Of a stretch of DNA of 53,937 nucleotides, positions 28,070-36,990 are shown one piece after another. The notes under the pieces are model-generated. The model saw nothing but the letters and a program-made list of their open reading frames with translations, had not been told where the DNA came from and made no database searches. How positions within the stretch are numbered: position 1 is the stretch's first letter; each line of letters starts with the position of its first letter. A program made the position numbers and the translations under genes. Origin of the DNA: a virus (Duplodnaviria; Caudoviricetes); IMG/VR virus record IMGVR_UViG_3300030012_001811, positions 1-53,937 of that record; one strand, given 5' to 3'.

Positions 28070-29824
28070 ATGCCAAGTCACAATAATAAAACTTTCGGTG
28101 CTTCTGGTACACCTTTATCAAACCTGCCAAGTGCAGCACTGACAGCACTGGGTGGGAGAGCAAATGTGGATGCTGCAACTCAGATAGCCAGAGAGTTAAT
28201 TCCTCAACAGCAACCTATTGATCCAGCGTTATTATCATTGATGTTCTTTTCTAATCTTGCTGCAGAGTCATCAAAACCAGGAGCCACTGCACTGGGTGCT
28301 GCTGGCACAGCATTACAATCGCCAACACAATACATGATACAAAGAAGAGAAGAACAAAGGAAAGCTGAAGCAGCATTACCACAGACAGCGTTAAGCATAG
28401 CACAGATGTTAAAGCCACCAACCATAGCAGGCAAAGGCAGAGGTGAGAACTTTAAAAAGGTGGGTGTTGTCAGAGATAAAAATAACAAGATAAAATACAC
28501 AGCAGAGGGCATACCAGTTTATAAATACAGGGTTGAGGACAATGCTGGTTTCTTAATAAGAATGGAAGAACTACCAGACTTAGATGCTTCTGGTGCAGTG
28601 GCAGGGGTAGAATTTTATAATACTGCAGGTGACATGAGGAGATTTATTCCTGGAACTCAAGAATATGAAAGAGCAATGTCTGGAGAGGGTGAATATAACT
28701 TGCCTAAAAAGCCAGACAAGTTTACAGCCAGAACAGTTTACAAAGATGGCGAAGAGATGAAAGTCTACAGTCAAGAGGCATATAATCGAGCAGTCAGCCC
28801 AGAGGGTGGTTGGTCAGATGTAAAAGATACAACAAAAGATCTAGCACCGAACAGGATAGAGGGTGAGAGAGCTATTTTTCTTTCTGAGGAAGACGCAAAG
28901 AAAAAACTTGCAGACTTGGGTGTTAAACCAGAGGATGTTGAATATAATACTTTGTTAGAACAGATAACAACAGACGATCCAGACAGACTTGGTAAGCCTG
29001 TTATACTTGGTCAGCAATATGTCAGCTTTTATACAGATCGTGCTGGAGAGGATGGCACATTGCCAACTATATTAAAAACACCACAAGGATCTCCAGTTCC
29101 TTTAGAAGTTGCAGCACTGCAAAAAGATTTACAGGAAATAAACAAAACTATAAATCAATTAAGAAATACTGAGCAAGAATTGTTGCCAAGCCTTGATACT
29201 GCTATGGCAATATTGTTAAATGATCCAAATGCGACTGGCATTTTAAAAGATAAATTTTTAGATGTTAGTAGATTTTTTCAAGAAGTTCTACAGTTAGATC
29301 CAGGAACATCAAGTGAGACAGTATTATTACAAGCATTGTCAAACAGGCTTGCTCCGAAGATGCGTGCTCCAGGATCTGGATCTACTTCTGATATAGAGTT
29401 TGAGGCATACAAGCAAGCTATACTTTCTTTAAAAAATACAGCACTTGCAAACTACATTGCTGTTTACAGTTTATCAAGGCAAACAAGAAACAATACTGAC
29501 AATATAGCTTTTATAAAAGATCTTAAGCAACAGTTTATATCTGAGGAAGAAATAAACAAGAGAGTTAGAGAGCGAGACAAAGGCATATATGAAAAATGGA
29601 CTGATTTTAATCCAGAGGATCCTAAGTTCAACACAGGTAATGATGATGTTGACAGTGAGAATTTCAGAGTAGAAAGAGACAAGTGGTTCGCAACTCTCCC
29701 AGTTGGTGCTGTTATATTGAACAGACTCCCAACAGATCCAAGAAAAAAACTTTTCCCTAATACAAAAGGAACATTTATAGTTAAAGGTTGGAAAGGGAGT
29801 AATAAACAAGAGGGTTCAAACTAA
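28070..29824 (+). CDS. Putative internal virion/ejection protein
   Basis: 584 aa; PGSGSTSDIEFEAY motif of ejection-type proteins. Confidence 0.6.
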   Translation: MPSHNNKTFGASGTPLSNLPSAALTALGGRANVDAATQIARELIPQQQPIDPALLSLMFFSNLAAESSKPGATALGAAGTALQSPTQYMIQRREEQRKAEAALPQTALSIAQMLKPPTIAGKGRGENFKKVGVVRDKNNKIKYTAEGIPVYKYRVEDNAGFLIRMEELPDLDASGAVAGVEFYNTAGDMRRFIPGTQEYERAMSGEGEYNLPKKPDKFTARTVYKDGEEMKVYSQEAYNRAVSPEGGWSDVKDTTKDLAPNRIEGERAIFLSEEDAKKKLADLGVKPEDVEYNTLLEQITTDDPDRLGKPVILGQQYVSFYTDRAGEDGTLPTILKTPQGSPVPLEVAALQKDLQEINKTINQLRNTEQELLPSLDTAMAILLNDPNATGILKDKFLDVSRFFQEVLQLDPGTSSETVLLQALSNRLAPKMRAPGSGSTSDIEFEAYKQAILSLKNTALANYIAVYSLSRQTRNNTDNIAFIKDLKQQFISEEEINKRVRERDKGIYEKWTDFNPEDPKFNTGNDDVDSENFRVERDKWFATLPVGAVILNRLPTDPRKKLFPNTKGTFIVKGWKGSNKQEGSN

Positions 29825-32097
29825 TGGGCATAAATTTTAATAAAGTCCAACAGCAAGATGATGGTGTTGATTATAATTTTACCTCTGATGTTGAAGAACA
29901 AGGAACAATTAATGAGGAACAAGAGAAAAGTCTTTTTAAATCAATAGCTAGTCTGCCCAAAGCTATCGTTCAATCTGTCACAGGTGAGGGAGCTGAGATA
30001 GAGTTTCCAGAAGTCGGTGAGATTGCTAACATGGGTGGCGATGCTCCAGGATTTGTTGAAGGGTTTTTGCCAAATCTTCAAGTGCTACTGGCAAGGGATG
30101 ATTTTGGAAAGGCAGAAATACTAGACAGAGCTTATAAAGATGATGAGAGATGGGGTGGAGCTTTCGTAGATAAATTTAATAATCCTATGATTGTTTGGAA
30201 TGAAAAGCCATATTATGTTAACAAACCAGGAGCAACAGGAACAGACTTTGGAACATTCGTTGGGGAGACTATTAAGTTCCTTCCTGCAACAAAATTTGTA
30301 AATAAAGCTAAAACATTGCTGGGAACAATAGCTAGAGGAGTGGGTGCTTATAGTGCAACTGAGAGTGCAAGCTTAGCTGGTGAGGCAATGATGACACCAG
30401 AAACAACTAGAGCAAAAGAAAGAACATTTTTTGGTGACACTGTAAGAGATGTTGGCACCTCCACAGCACTTGGGGTTGGCGTTGATGTTGCTGCACCACC
30501 GATCGTTAAACAGTTAGCAAAACCAGTTATCAAAGCTGGAGAAAAAACTGGTGTCAAGCTCCCAAGATTTATTATGTCAAAAAAGCCACCCAAACTACAA
30601 GAATCTCAGTTTGAATTGACTGTTGGTCAAAGAATGGCGGAACCACCAAGATCGATGTATCAACCTAAGATAACAGATCAGTTAGAGCAAGAATCAGTTA
30701 TAAGAAATGCTCCAGGAGCAGGTGGATCTGGAACAGAGGTCTTGCAAGGTTTTGACGAAAGACAACTTGATCAGATACGCAATGAGGCACAAAGGTTACA
30801 AACTGAGATAGGATCTGGTCAAACAGCAACAGATCTGACTTTGAGACCAGGAGAGGGCAAAGACCCAACAGGTGCAGCAAGTGAAGAGATACAATCGGTG
30901 CTCACGAAGAAAGCTGATGAGTTAAAAACAGAGGCAGGGCAAGCATATGTTGATGCACGCAACCCTGTCGACATGCCAAGGATGACTGTTGGTGGAATTA
31001 AGAATGCTGTCGTTAATGCATTAGAAAAAATTAAGAACCCACAAACAGGTTTGGGCATAACAAATGCAGAGATTTCTGCCATGCCTTTATTAAAAAGAGA
31101 ACTTGATTTTTTACAAAAACTTTTAAAAACAAGCAAAAATCCTAGATTCAAAGACCAATCTCTAAATGTTTTGCATGGTTATCAAAAGAAGATAAACAGG
31201 ACTGTTAGGAGTGCGGAGCAAGGATCTCCTGAACAACTAGCATTGTCACAAATAAAAACTGCTCTTGATGATGCTATATTCAAAGGCATTGATGAGGGTT
31301 TTATATATGGTGACCCTGATGCCTTGGTCGCATTAAAAAAAGCAACAACCCTTTACAAAGATTATATGGGTCTGACTGGCAAGGGCAAGGGAGGAACTCT
31401 CGCACAAAGATCTGCAAACAAAATATTACAAAAATTAACAGATCAAGACTACACACCAAGACAAGTGGCGAATATACTTTTTGGTCATGCGAAGTTTGCA
31501 CCTAATCAAGCTCTCCCTTTGGTAATAGATAAATTAAAGAAAATTTTGCCAGAAGAGGAATCTGCTCAAGTTCTAGCTTTGTTAAAAGATGGTATAATAG
31601 AAAAAGCTTTCTCTGGATCTGGGAAGTCTGGTGTTACAAGAACAAACATTGTGCAAAATTATGATGATGTGTTTGTTAAACAAAAAGCTATAATCAACAA
31701 ACTTTTTAATGAAGATGAGTTAAAAAGAATAGCAAAGTTCAGAAAAAATGTGATGCCAACCCTCTGGGCAGATATAAAAATAAATCCCTCTGGATCATCA
31801 TACTTGCTCCTGTCAGCAATGACAAGAGGCAGACTTTTAAGCTCTTTACAGTTTGTCCCCATAGTTGGAGAACAAGTTGTTGGTGGGATAGAAAGTATGG
31901 CTAGAAGGAATCAAGCATATAATATGATAAAGCAATATGTTGATAGAACTGGTGCACCATTATTCTCTGGAGCAGTACAAGGAGCATTGAGACCAACAGT
32001 TGTTGAAACTATTGCTGATAGTGAGTCTCCAGCCCTTAACAGTATCATAGAGGGATTAAATCAAGAGGAAAGAGAGAGACTCCTCGAGGCACAGTAA
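29824..32097 (+). CDS. Large DNA transfer/ejection protein
   Basis: 757 aa, helical, last large gene of the structural operon; YYVNKPG..TDF and NPSGS motifs. Confidence 0.62.
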   Translation: MGINFNKVQQQDDGVDYNFTSDVEEQGTINEEQEKSLFKSIASLPKAIVQSVTGEGAEIEFPEVGEIANMGGDAPGFVEGFLPNLQVLLARDDFGKAEILDRAYKDDERWGGAFVDKFNNPMIVWNEKPYYVNKPGATGTDFGTFVGETIKFLPATKFVNKAKTLLGTIARGVGAYSATESASLAGEAMMTPETTRAKERTFFGDTVRDVGTSTALGVGVDVAAPPIVKQLAKPVIKAGEKTGVKLPRFIMSKKPPKLQESQFELTVGQRMAEPPRSMYQPKITDQLEQESVIRNAPGAGGSGTEVLQGFDERQLDQIRNEAQRLQTEIGSGQTATDLTLRPGEGKDPTGAASEEIQSVLTKKADELKTEAGQAYVDARNPVDMPRMTVGGIKNAVVNALEKIKNPQTGLGITNAEISAMPLLKRELDFLQKLLKTSKNPRFKDQSLNVLHGYQKKINRTVRSAEQGSPEQLALSQIKTALDDAIFKGIDEGFIYGDPDALVALKKATTLYKDYMGLTGKGKGGTLAQRSANKILQKLTDQDYTPRQVANILFGHAKFAPNQALPLVIDKLKKILPEEESAQVLALLKDGIIEKAFSGSGKSGVTRTNIVQNYDDVFVKQKAIINKLFNEDELKRIAKFRKNVMPTLWADIKINPSGSSYLLLSAMTRGRLLSSLQFVPIVGEQVVGGIESMARRNQAYNMIKQYVDRTGAPLFSGAVQGALRPTVVETIADSESPALNSIIEGLNQEERERLLEAQ

Positions 32098-32654
32098 TGG
32101 TCGATCCAGTAACAGCACTAGCAACTGCTAGTTCCGCATTCAGCTTAATTAAAAGAGGTTTCCAAGCAGGAAGAGACATAGAGTCAATGGCAAGTGACTT
32201 GGGCAGATGGATGGGTGCCATGTCTGATCTTGACCAAGCTGAGAAAGATGCAAAGAATCCTCCAATATTTAAAAAGCTTTTTGCAGGCAAATCAGTAGAG
32301 CAAGAAGCAATAGAAGTCTTTGCTGCAAAGAAAAAAGCAACTGAGCAAAGAGATGAGTTACGAACATGGATCCAGTTCACTCATGGCCAGAGTGCTTGGG
32401 ATGAGCTTTTGAGAACTGAGGCAAACATAAGGAAAACAAGACAAGAGACAATTTATAAACAAGCACAACTGAGAAGAAAGTTCTTGGAGTATTGCACATA
32501 TGCTTTTGTTGCTCTGTTAATCCTTGGATTTATATTCTTTTTGCTTTATTTGTACAGAGCAAACAGGCTTAATGCTACGCCACTAGAACATTACACAATT
32601 CATCCCAATCATCTTTTGTCATATTTCCAGCTTTTTTATAAGACAATAGTTTAA
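32097..32654 (+). CDS. Hypothetical membrane-anchored coiled-coil protein
   Basis: MVDPVTALATA N-terminus; TM YAFVALLILGFIFFLLYLY; 3' end overlaps the convergent nuclease gene. Confidence 0.72.
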   Translation: MVDPVTALATASSAFSLIKRGFQAGRDIESMASDLGRWMGAMSDLDQAEKDAKNPPIFKKLFAGKSVEQEAIEVFAAKKKATEQRDELRTWIQFTHGQSAWDELLRTEANIRKTRQETIYKQAQLRRKFLEYCTYAFVALLILGFIFFLLYLYRANRLNATPLEHYTIHPNHLLSYFQLFYKTIV

Positions 32655-32985
32655 AAAAATCAGTCCTGCTTGGTCTGTCAAAAATTTTCTTTGCATCTCT
32701 GCCATGTATCAATGCTGTGAAATCTCTACCTATCCTTAACATTATCCAGCATTGCCCTTTGTTTTCATCATACTCTTTTAACCAAAGACATTGATTTAAT
32801 TTAAGACCTGTTGCGACACGTGTCTTTGGCCATTTATCAATATACTTTAATTCTATCCAACCACTGGATCCATCTTTTATGTAATGAACGTCTGGCATCC
32901 CCTTCATAACTCTGTTCTCAACACGATACATTTTAAGTTTTTTCAAAGATGTTCTCAATAATACCCAAAAATTTTTCTCACTCAT
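32575..32985 (-). CDS. PD-(D/E)XK nuclease (VRR-NUC/Holliday junction resolvase-like)
   Basis: RVEN..KGMPDV...WIELK...Q..W; AAGGAG RBS before ATG 32985. Confidence 0.8.
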   Translation of the reverse strand: MSEKNFWVLLRTSLKKLKMYRVENRVMKGMPDVHYIKDGSSGWIELKYIDKWPKTRVATGLKLNQCLWLKEYDENKGQCWIMLRIGRDFTALIHGRDAKKIFDRPSRTDFFKLLSYKKAGNMTKDDWDELCNVLVA

Positions 32986-33109
32986 AAATGCCACTCCTTA
33001 TAATTTTCTCAATATGCTCTATCATTTTATTAATGTGCTGGACTATGTTCTTGTTATCGCACCCTGCACGGATCTCATACAATCTGTTTAAAAGCTCTGA
33101 CTTGGTCAT
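32978..33109 (-). CDS. Small hypothetical protein (43 aa)
   Basis: Own translation MTKSELLNRLYEIRAGCDNK...; fills the gap between coupled genes. Confidence 0.5.
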   Translation of the reverse strand: MTKSELLNRLYEIRAGCDNKNIVQHINKMIEHIEKIIRSGIYE

Positions 33110-33110
33110 A

Positions 33111-33275
33111 TCATATTGTATAACCCTTTGCTCTTAATTCATTAACATATTTTTCTAGATCTCTTCTAGCAGTAGACAAAGACTCTGTCTGATTTGTTCC
33201 TTGATATCTGTCCACAGCTTTCCTTAATTTTTCTAGATGCTCTCTTTCGAATGGTTCCAACTGCTCATTGCCCAT
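33111..33275 (-). CDS. Small hypothetical protein (54 aa)
   Basis: Own translation MGNEQLEPFEREHLEKLRKAVD...; GAGGAGG RBS. Confidence 0.6.
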   Translation of the reverse strand: MGNEQLEPFEREHLEKLRKAVDRYQGTNQTESLSTARRDLEKYVNELRAKGYTI

Positions 33276-34968
33276 CTTCATCCTCCTCTAAAAATAATGA
33301 CATTGGATCTTTTGTCACAACATCAGCAAGACTTTTCTTTTTTCTTAATGCTTTTATTATCTTGCTGTCTATTGTCTTTGGTGTCTCTATATCAATATAG
33401 GTGACATTGTTTGTTGTTCCTATTCTGTGACATCTGTCTTCTGATTGCAGTCTTGTCTCAAGATCAAAACTATTAGAATAATAAACTGCATAATTTGCTG
33501 CAGTGAGTGTTAAGCCTATGCCACCAGACTGTGGTTGACCAATGAAATATTTTATGTTTGGATTTTCTTGAAACTGTGTCACAGCTTGTTCCCTAGCGTC
33601 ATTTGATACATCTCCATAGTAAACCACTGCTAAATCACCTAATGCCCTCTGTATGGCTCTTATATCGGCTTTAAAACGTGCCCATATGATTACTTTTGCA
33701 TCAATATCGCTAAGTATCTCTAAAAGTGCCTCAAGTCTGGGATTCTTGTCATCTATTGGTTTAACAATCTCATCATTAGGAAACCAACCACAAACGATCT
33801 GTTGTAACCTTAAAAGTCTTGTTATTGCTTCTGGTGCTGTTATCTTGACATTGTCTAGTTCGCTAACAAAGTCTTTTTTCATTTGCTCATATAATTTTTT
33901 CTGCTTGGAAGAAAGTTCAACAGGATATCTTTGATAAATCTTTGGAGGGAGATCCAAACAATCTTTTTTAAGAACTCTGAATGAATGACCCTCTATGTTC
34001 CGAGTCAACTCATCAATATTTGTATAAGAAACTATCTGTCTGTTCTCAAAGCCACCCATTATGCAATATCTAGCTCTGAATGAATAAAAACTATCATAGC
34101 CTAGTATCTGTGGATCCAAGAATCTAAACTGACTGTATGCGTCCTCTGGTCCTTTTGTTATCGGAGTTCCTGTCAATATCCTTTTGTACTTTGCGTTCTT
34201 GCCAAACTTTGTTATGGCTTTGGTTCTTTTGGCTGATGGTCTTTTGATCCTTGAACTTTCATCAACAACCAACATAACATTGTTAGCTAAAAGTATCCTA
34301 TGCATTATTGTGACAGCGAGACCACTAACAAAACACTCAACATTAAAAGTAAATATCTTTAATTTTTCTTTGACTGCCATAACAGATTCAAAAGACTCTT
34401 TGTCTCTTTTTGTCATGCCAGAGTAATAATAGGCTGATTCATAGTGGCACCACTCTGGTAAATGTTGTGGTATCTCTTTGTTGACCCAGTTCCTGTGCAC
34501 ACCATTGGGAGCTATAACAACAAGAGCTGTTATCTCATCTTTGCCATACAAGTATGCAGCATTGTCTATTATAACTTTAGTCTTGCCAGTGCCTTGCTCC
34601 ATTAACAAAGCAAAAGACTTTTTGTCTCTTGATAAATAGAAAGCTCTCCTCTGATGCTCAAAAGGTTTTGTTCTGAAGTCGAAGTCATCATTGCTTGGCA
34701 AGTTTTCTGTTTTGGCTTTTAAGTTCTTCTCAAGCTCTTTTAAATTATTTATATACTTATCAAGCATTGGCATGGCTGACTCATCCCACTCAGCATCAGG
34801 GAAAAATTTTCTAAGCTTATCTATGTTTGCACCAGTGGGATCAAAAAGCAGATCTCTTCCGACCCACTTTGTGAATCCTGGAAGAGAAGATAGTTTCTCG
34901 AAAGTGTCCCCATCAAGCTTTGACTTGATGAGGCAATACTTTCCGAAGTCTGCTTTTGTTATAAGCAT
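33265..34968 (-). CDS. SNF2-family helicase
   Basis: EQGTGKT (motif I), VDESS (II), LTGTP (III), QSEDRCHRIG (VI). Confidence 0.93.
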   Translation of the reverse strand: MLITKADFGKYCLIKSKLDGDTFEKLSSLPGFTKWVGRDLLFDPTGANIDKLRKFFPDAEWDESAMPMLDKYINNLKELEKNLKAKTENLPSNDDFDFRTKPFEHQRRAFYLSRDKKSFALLMEQGTGKTKVIIDNAAYLYGKDEITALVVIAPNGVHRNWVNKEIPQHLPEWCHYESAYYYSGMTKRDKESFESVMAVKEKLKIFTFNVECFVSGLAVTIMHRILLANNVMLVVDESSRIKRPSAKRTKAITKFGKNAKYKRILTGTPITKGPEDAYSQFRFLDPQILGYDSFYSFRARYCIMGGFENRQIVSYTNIDELTRNIEGHSFRVLKKDCLDLPPKIYQRYPVELSSKQKKLYEQMKKDFVSELDNVKITAPEAITRLLRLQQIVCGWFPNDEIVKPIDDKNPRLEALLEILSDIDAKVIIWARFKADIRAIQRALGDLAVVYYGDVSNDAREQAVTQFQENPNIKYFIGQPQSGGIGLTLTAANYAVYYSNSFDLETRLQSEDRCHRIGTTNNVTYIDIETPKTIDSKIIKALRKKKSLADVVTKDPMSLFLEEDEDGQ

Positions 34969-35606
34969 CAGATCAATCCTAGCTTGTCTGCACAGATTGG
35001 ACCAATACCTCTGTCAATGCTTTCCTTGACAGTCAACTCTCTGGCACACACTGCACAGTTGCCAGTTCTTCTGCCATAAGCAACAGCAGACTCCATAGGA
35101 TCTTTGCAGATCTCTTGGATCTCGGCAACAGTATCTTTTGAGACACTGCCCACTGGTAGGTAGTAGCCACCAGTAACTTTACCAATGTACTCACCTAACT
35201 GCTTGATGTAAAGAGAACCAGCATTCCTGGAATGTGGTGCAGGCTTAGAGAAAACAAAGTCACCAACTCTAATCTTCGGTGTCTTCATTGCTGGGTCAGC
35301 TTTATCAAGGACAGCCAATATCTTGCTAACGTCAAGAGAGAACATGTTTGACTTCCTGTCAGCTTTGTTCTTTTCAATCTTTGCTAGCATAGCAGATGCA
35401 GCAAATAACTGCTTGTCAGAAAGAGATCCTTTCCTAGCGACTTGCTCAACCAAAGACTTGGCAAAAGAGTTCCAGCTCATAATCTCTTTGAGAGCAAAGA
35501 CAATCTTTTTGTTGTCCTCATCGTCACAAAACTTAGCAATATTAGTGATCGCTACTCCCTCACCAACTAAAACTTTGTATTCTTCATGTCTATTTTCTCT
35601 AATCAT
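34968..35606 (-). CDS. Early protein with C-terminal DUF6011-like Zn finger
   Basis: YGRRTGNCAVCARELT..ESIDRGIGPICA; start at ATG 35606 after GAGAAAGGAA. Confidence 0.75.
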   Translation of the reverse strand: MIRENRHEEYKVLVGEGVAITNIAKFCDDEDNKKIVFALKEIMSWNSFAKSLVEQVARKGSLSDKQLFAASAMLAKIEKNKADRKSNMFSLDVSKILAVLDKADPAMKTPKIRVGDFVFSKPAPHSRNAGSLYIKQLGEYIGKVTGGYYLPVGSVSKDTVAEIQEICKDPMESAVAYGRRTGNCAVCARELTVKESIDRGIGPICADKLGLI

Positions 35607-35610
35607 TTTA

Positions 35611-35713
35611 TTTCCTTTCTCAGTTAATACTCTAGTATCTCTCGTCTCTGGGCAAAAGGCAACAAAAAAATTTGAAGAAAGCAATTTTCTTTTCCTTTAA
35701 AAACAATGACTTA
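35611..35713 (-). promoter_or_regulatory. Early promoter cassette 1 (IHF-like site, TTGCCT-17-GATACT, RBS)
   Basis: Near-identical to 36887-36990; AAACAATGACTTA at 35701-35713. Confidence 0.8.
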
Positions 35714-35747
35714 TGAATGACTATGAAAAAACTTGTTTTTCTGGCCA

Positions 35748-36170
35748 TTAATTGTTGTTCCATTTATAGAAAATATGATCGTTAATTCTGACTGTTTTCT
35801 GAAGATGTTTTCTCCAAGATGGTTTTACATAATAGGCATGGTAGTGTGTTGCACCATCTGTGGTATCATAGAGCTTGCCCTGTAAAACAAGTCTGGCATA
35901 CTCCTCTGCCACGACATATGCTTCTGGATTATGGATCTCCTCTGGCTTACCATCACACCAAAAGCTGAATTGACATTTGTGTTTGATTGGTCGGTCTTTA
36001 TCCCAAGAATAATAATGCCCTTGTTTAACAACGTCACACACGCTGTCTGGGTATCTGCTGTCAGCAACCCTGTGCATTATAACTTGAGCCACTGCCACCT
36101 GTCCGACCATAGGCTCGCCACGAGCTTCAAAGTAGATCGCTGTGGCGAGACATGCGAGTGCAGTTATCAT
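35748..36170 (-). CDS. SleB-like cell wall hydrolase (Hydrolase_2)
   Basis: CLATAIYFEARGEP, CQFSFWCDGK, GATHYHA, HIFY. Confidence 0.9.
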   Translation of the reverse strand: MITALACLATAIYFEARGEPMVGQVAVAQVIMHRVADSRYPDSVCDVVKQGHYYSWDKDRPIKHKCQFSFWCDGKPEEIHNPEAYVVAEEYARLVLQGKLYDTTDGATHYHAYYVKPSWRKHLQKTVRINDHIFYKWNNN

Positions 36171-36439
36171 GCCACATCCTTTTTGCTGTAACCCATAAGT
36201 CTGAGTTGAACGGATGTTGACTCGTTAGTGTTGGCTTGGATGAACTGTCTGGAAAGCTTTGCTCTGACTGCTTTCATATCTAGAGTTTTTCTTGTGACCT
36301 CTGATACAACAACATAATGCAATTGTCCCTCGTAAACACCTGCTCCTCTGCTTTTAAGGTGATCAACAATTTTTGCTTCCTCTTCCTTGAGCTTTTGGAT
36401 CTCTGCTCTTAATGATGCTAATTTATCTATAATACTCAT
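36167..36439 (-). CDS. Small coiled-coil hypothetical protein
   Basis: GAGAAAGGAA RBS; 90 aa; directly downstream of the hammerhead. Confidence 0.75.
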   Translation of the reverse strand: MSIIDKLASLRAEIQKLKEEEAKIVDHLKSRGAGVYEGQLHYVVVSEVTRKTLDMKAVRAKLSRQFIQANTNESTSVQLRLMGYSKKDVA

Positions 36440-36458
36440 TTATTTTCCTTTCTCAATT

Positions 36459-36517
36459 TTGCTATCGCAGACCCAAAGGTTTCGGGGAGGGAGCAACCCT
36501 CCCCATCATCAGTGCGA
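36459..36517 (-). ncRNA. Hammerhead ribozyme, type I, with loop II/3'-tail pseudoknot
   Basis: Minus strand: UCGCA-CUGAUGA-U-GGGGAGGG-UUGCU-CCCUCCCC-GAAA-CC-UUUG-GG-UC^UGCGA-U-AGCAA. Confidence 0.9.
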
Positions 36518-36519
36518 AG

Positions 36520-36882
36520 TTATGCAGGATCGAACACAACACAGTTCGAGAAGTCACCAAGAACTCTAGCTTTGTACTTGTCGCCATCAATCATCACAAT
36601 CTCACCATCAACAACTGGTTCATTCTCTCTTATTCTTTTCTTCTCATCTCTGTCAGCTTGAGTGTATACAGATTTGATCATGATACTATCAGCCATCCCC
36701 CAATAGATGCCATCATCTTCTTTTTCATAACCTTGCATAAGGCAAACAGTTTTAACACTAAGATCAAAGGTTATCATCTCACCATCACCACTCATGCCTG
36801 ATCTGATGTCCTTTGGCTTAACTCTTACACCAAAAGTGTTGTCTTGATCTCCGTATCCAGTATGTTTAATTAATGTTTTCAT
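36520..36882 (-). CDS. Early hypothetical protein
   Basis: Directly after promoter cassette 2 with GAGAAAGGAA RBS. Confidence 0.78.
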   Translation of the reverse strand: MKTLIKHTGYGDQDNTFGVRVKPKDIRSGMSGDGEMITFDLSVKTVCLMQGYEKEDDGIYWGMADSIMIKSVYTQADRDEKKRIRENEPVVDGEIVMIDGDKYKARVLGDFSNCVVFDPA

Positions 36883-36886
36883 TTAC

Positions 36887-36990
36887 TTTCCTTTCTCAGT
36901 TAATACCTTAGTATCTCTCGTATTGAGACAAAAGGCAACAAAAAAATTCAAAAGAAAGTGATTTTCTTTTCCTTTAATATCAATGACTTA
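36887..36990 (-). promoter_or_regulatory. Early promoter cassette 2 (IHF site, TTGCCT-17-GATACT, RBS)
   Basis: TATCAATGACTTA at 36978-36990 matches WATCAANNNNTTR. Confidence 0.8.

Noticed and set aside
297-31862. Numerous minus-strand ORFs under the structural genes, and plus-strand ORFs under 33194-51077
   Set aside because: Antisense shadows of well-supported genes, lacking RBS or recognisable motifs.
36484-36504. GC-rich hairpin as an intrinsic terminator
   Set aside because: No U-tract; it is better explained as stem II of the hammerhead.
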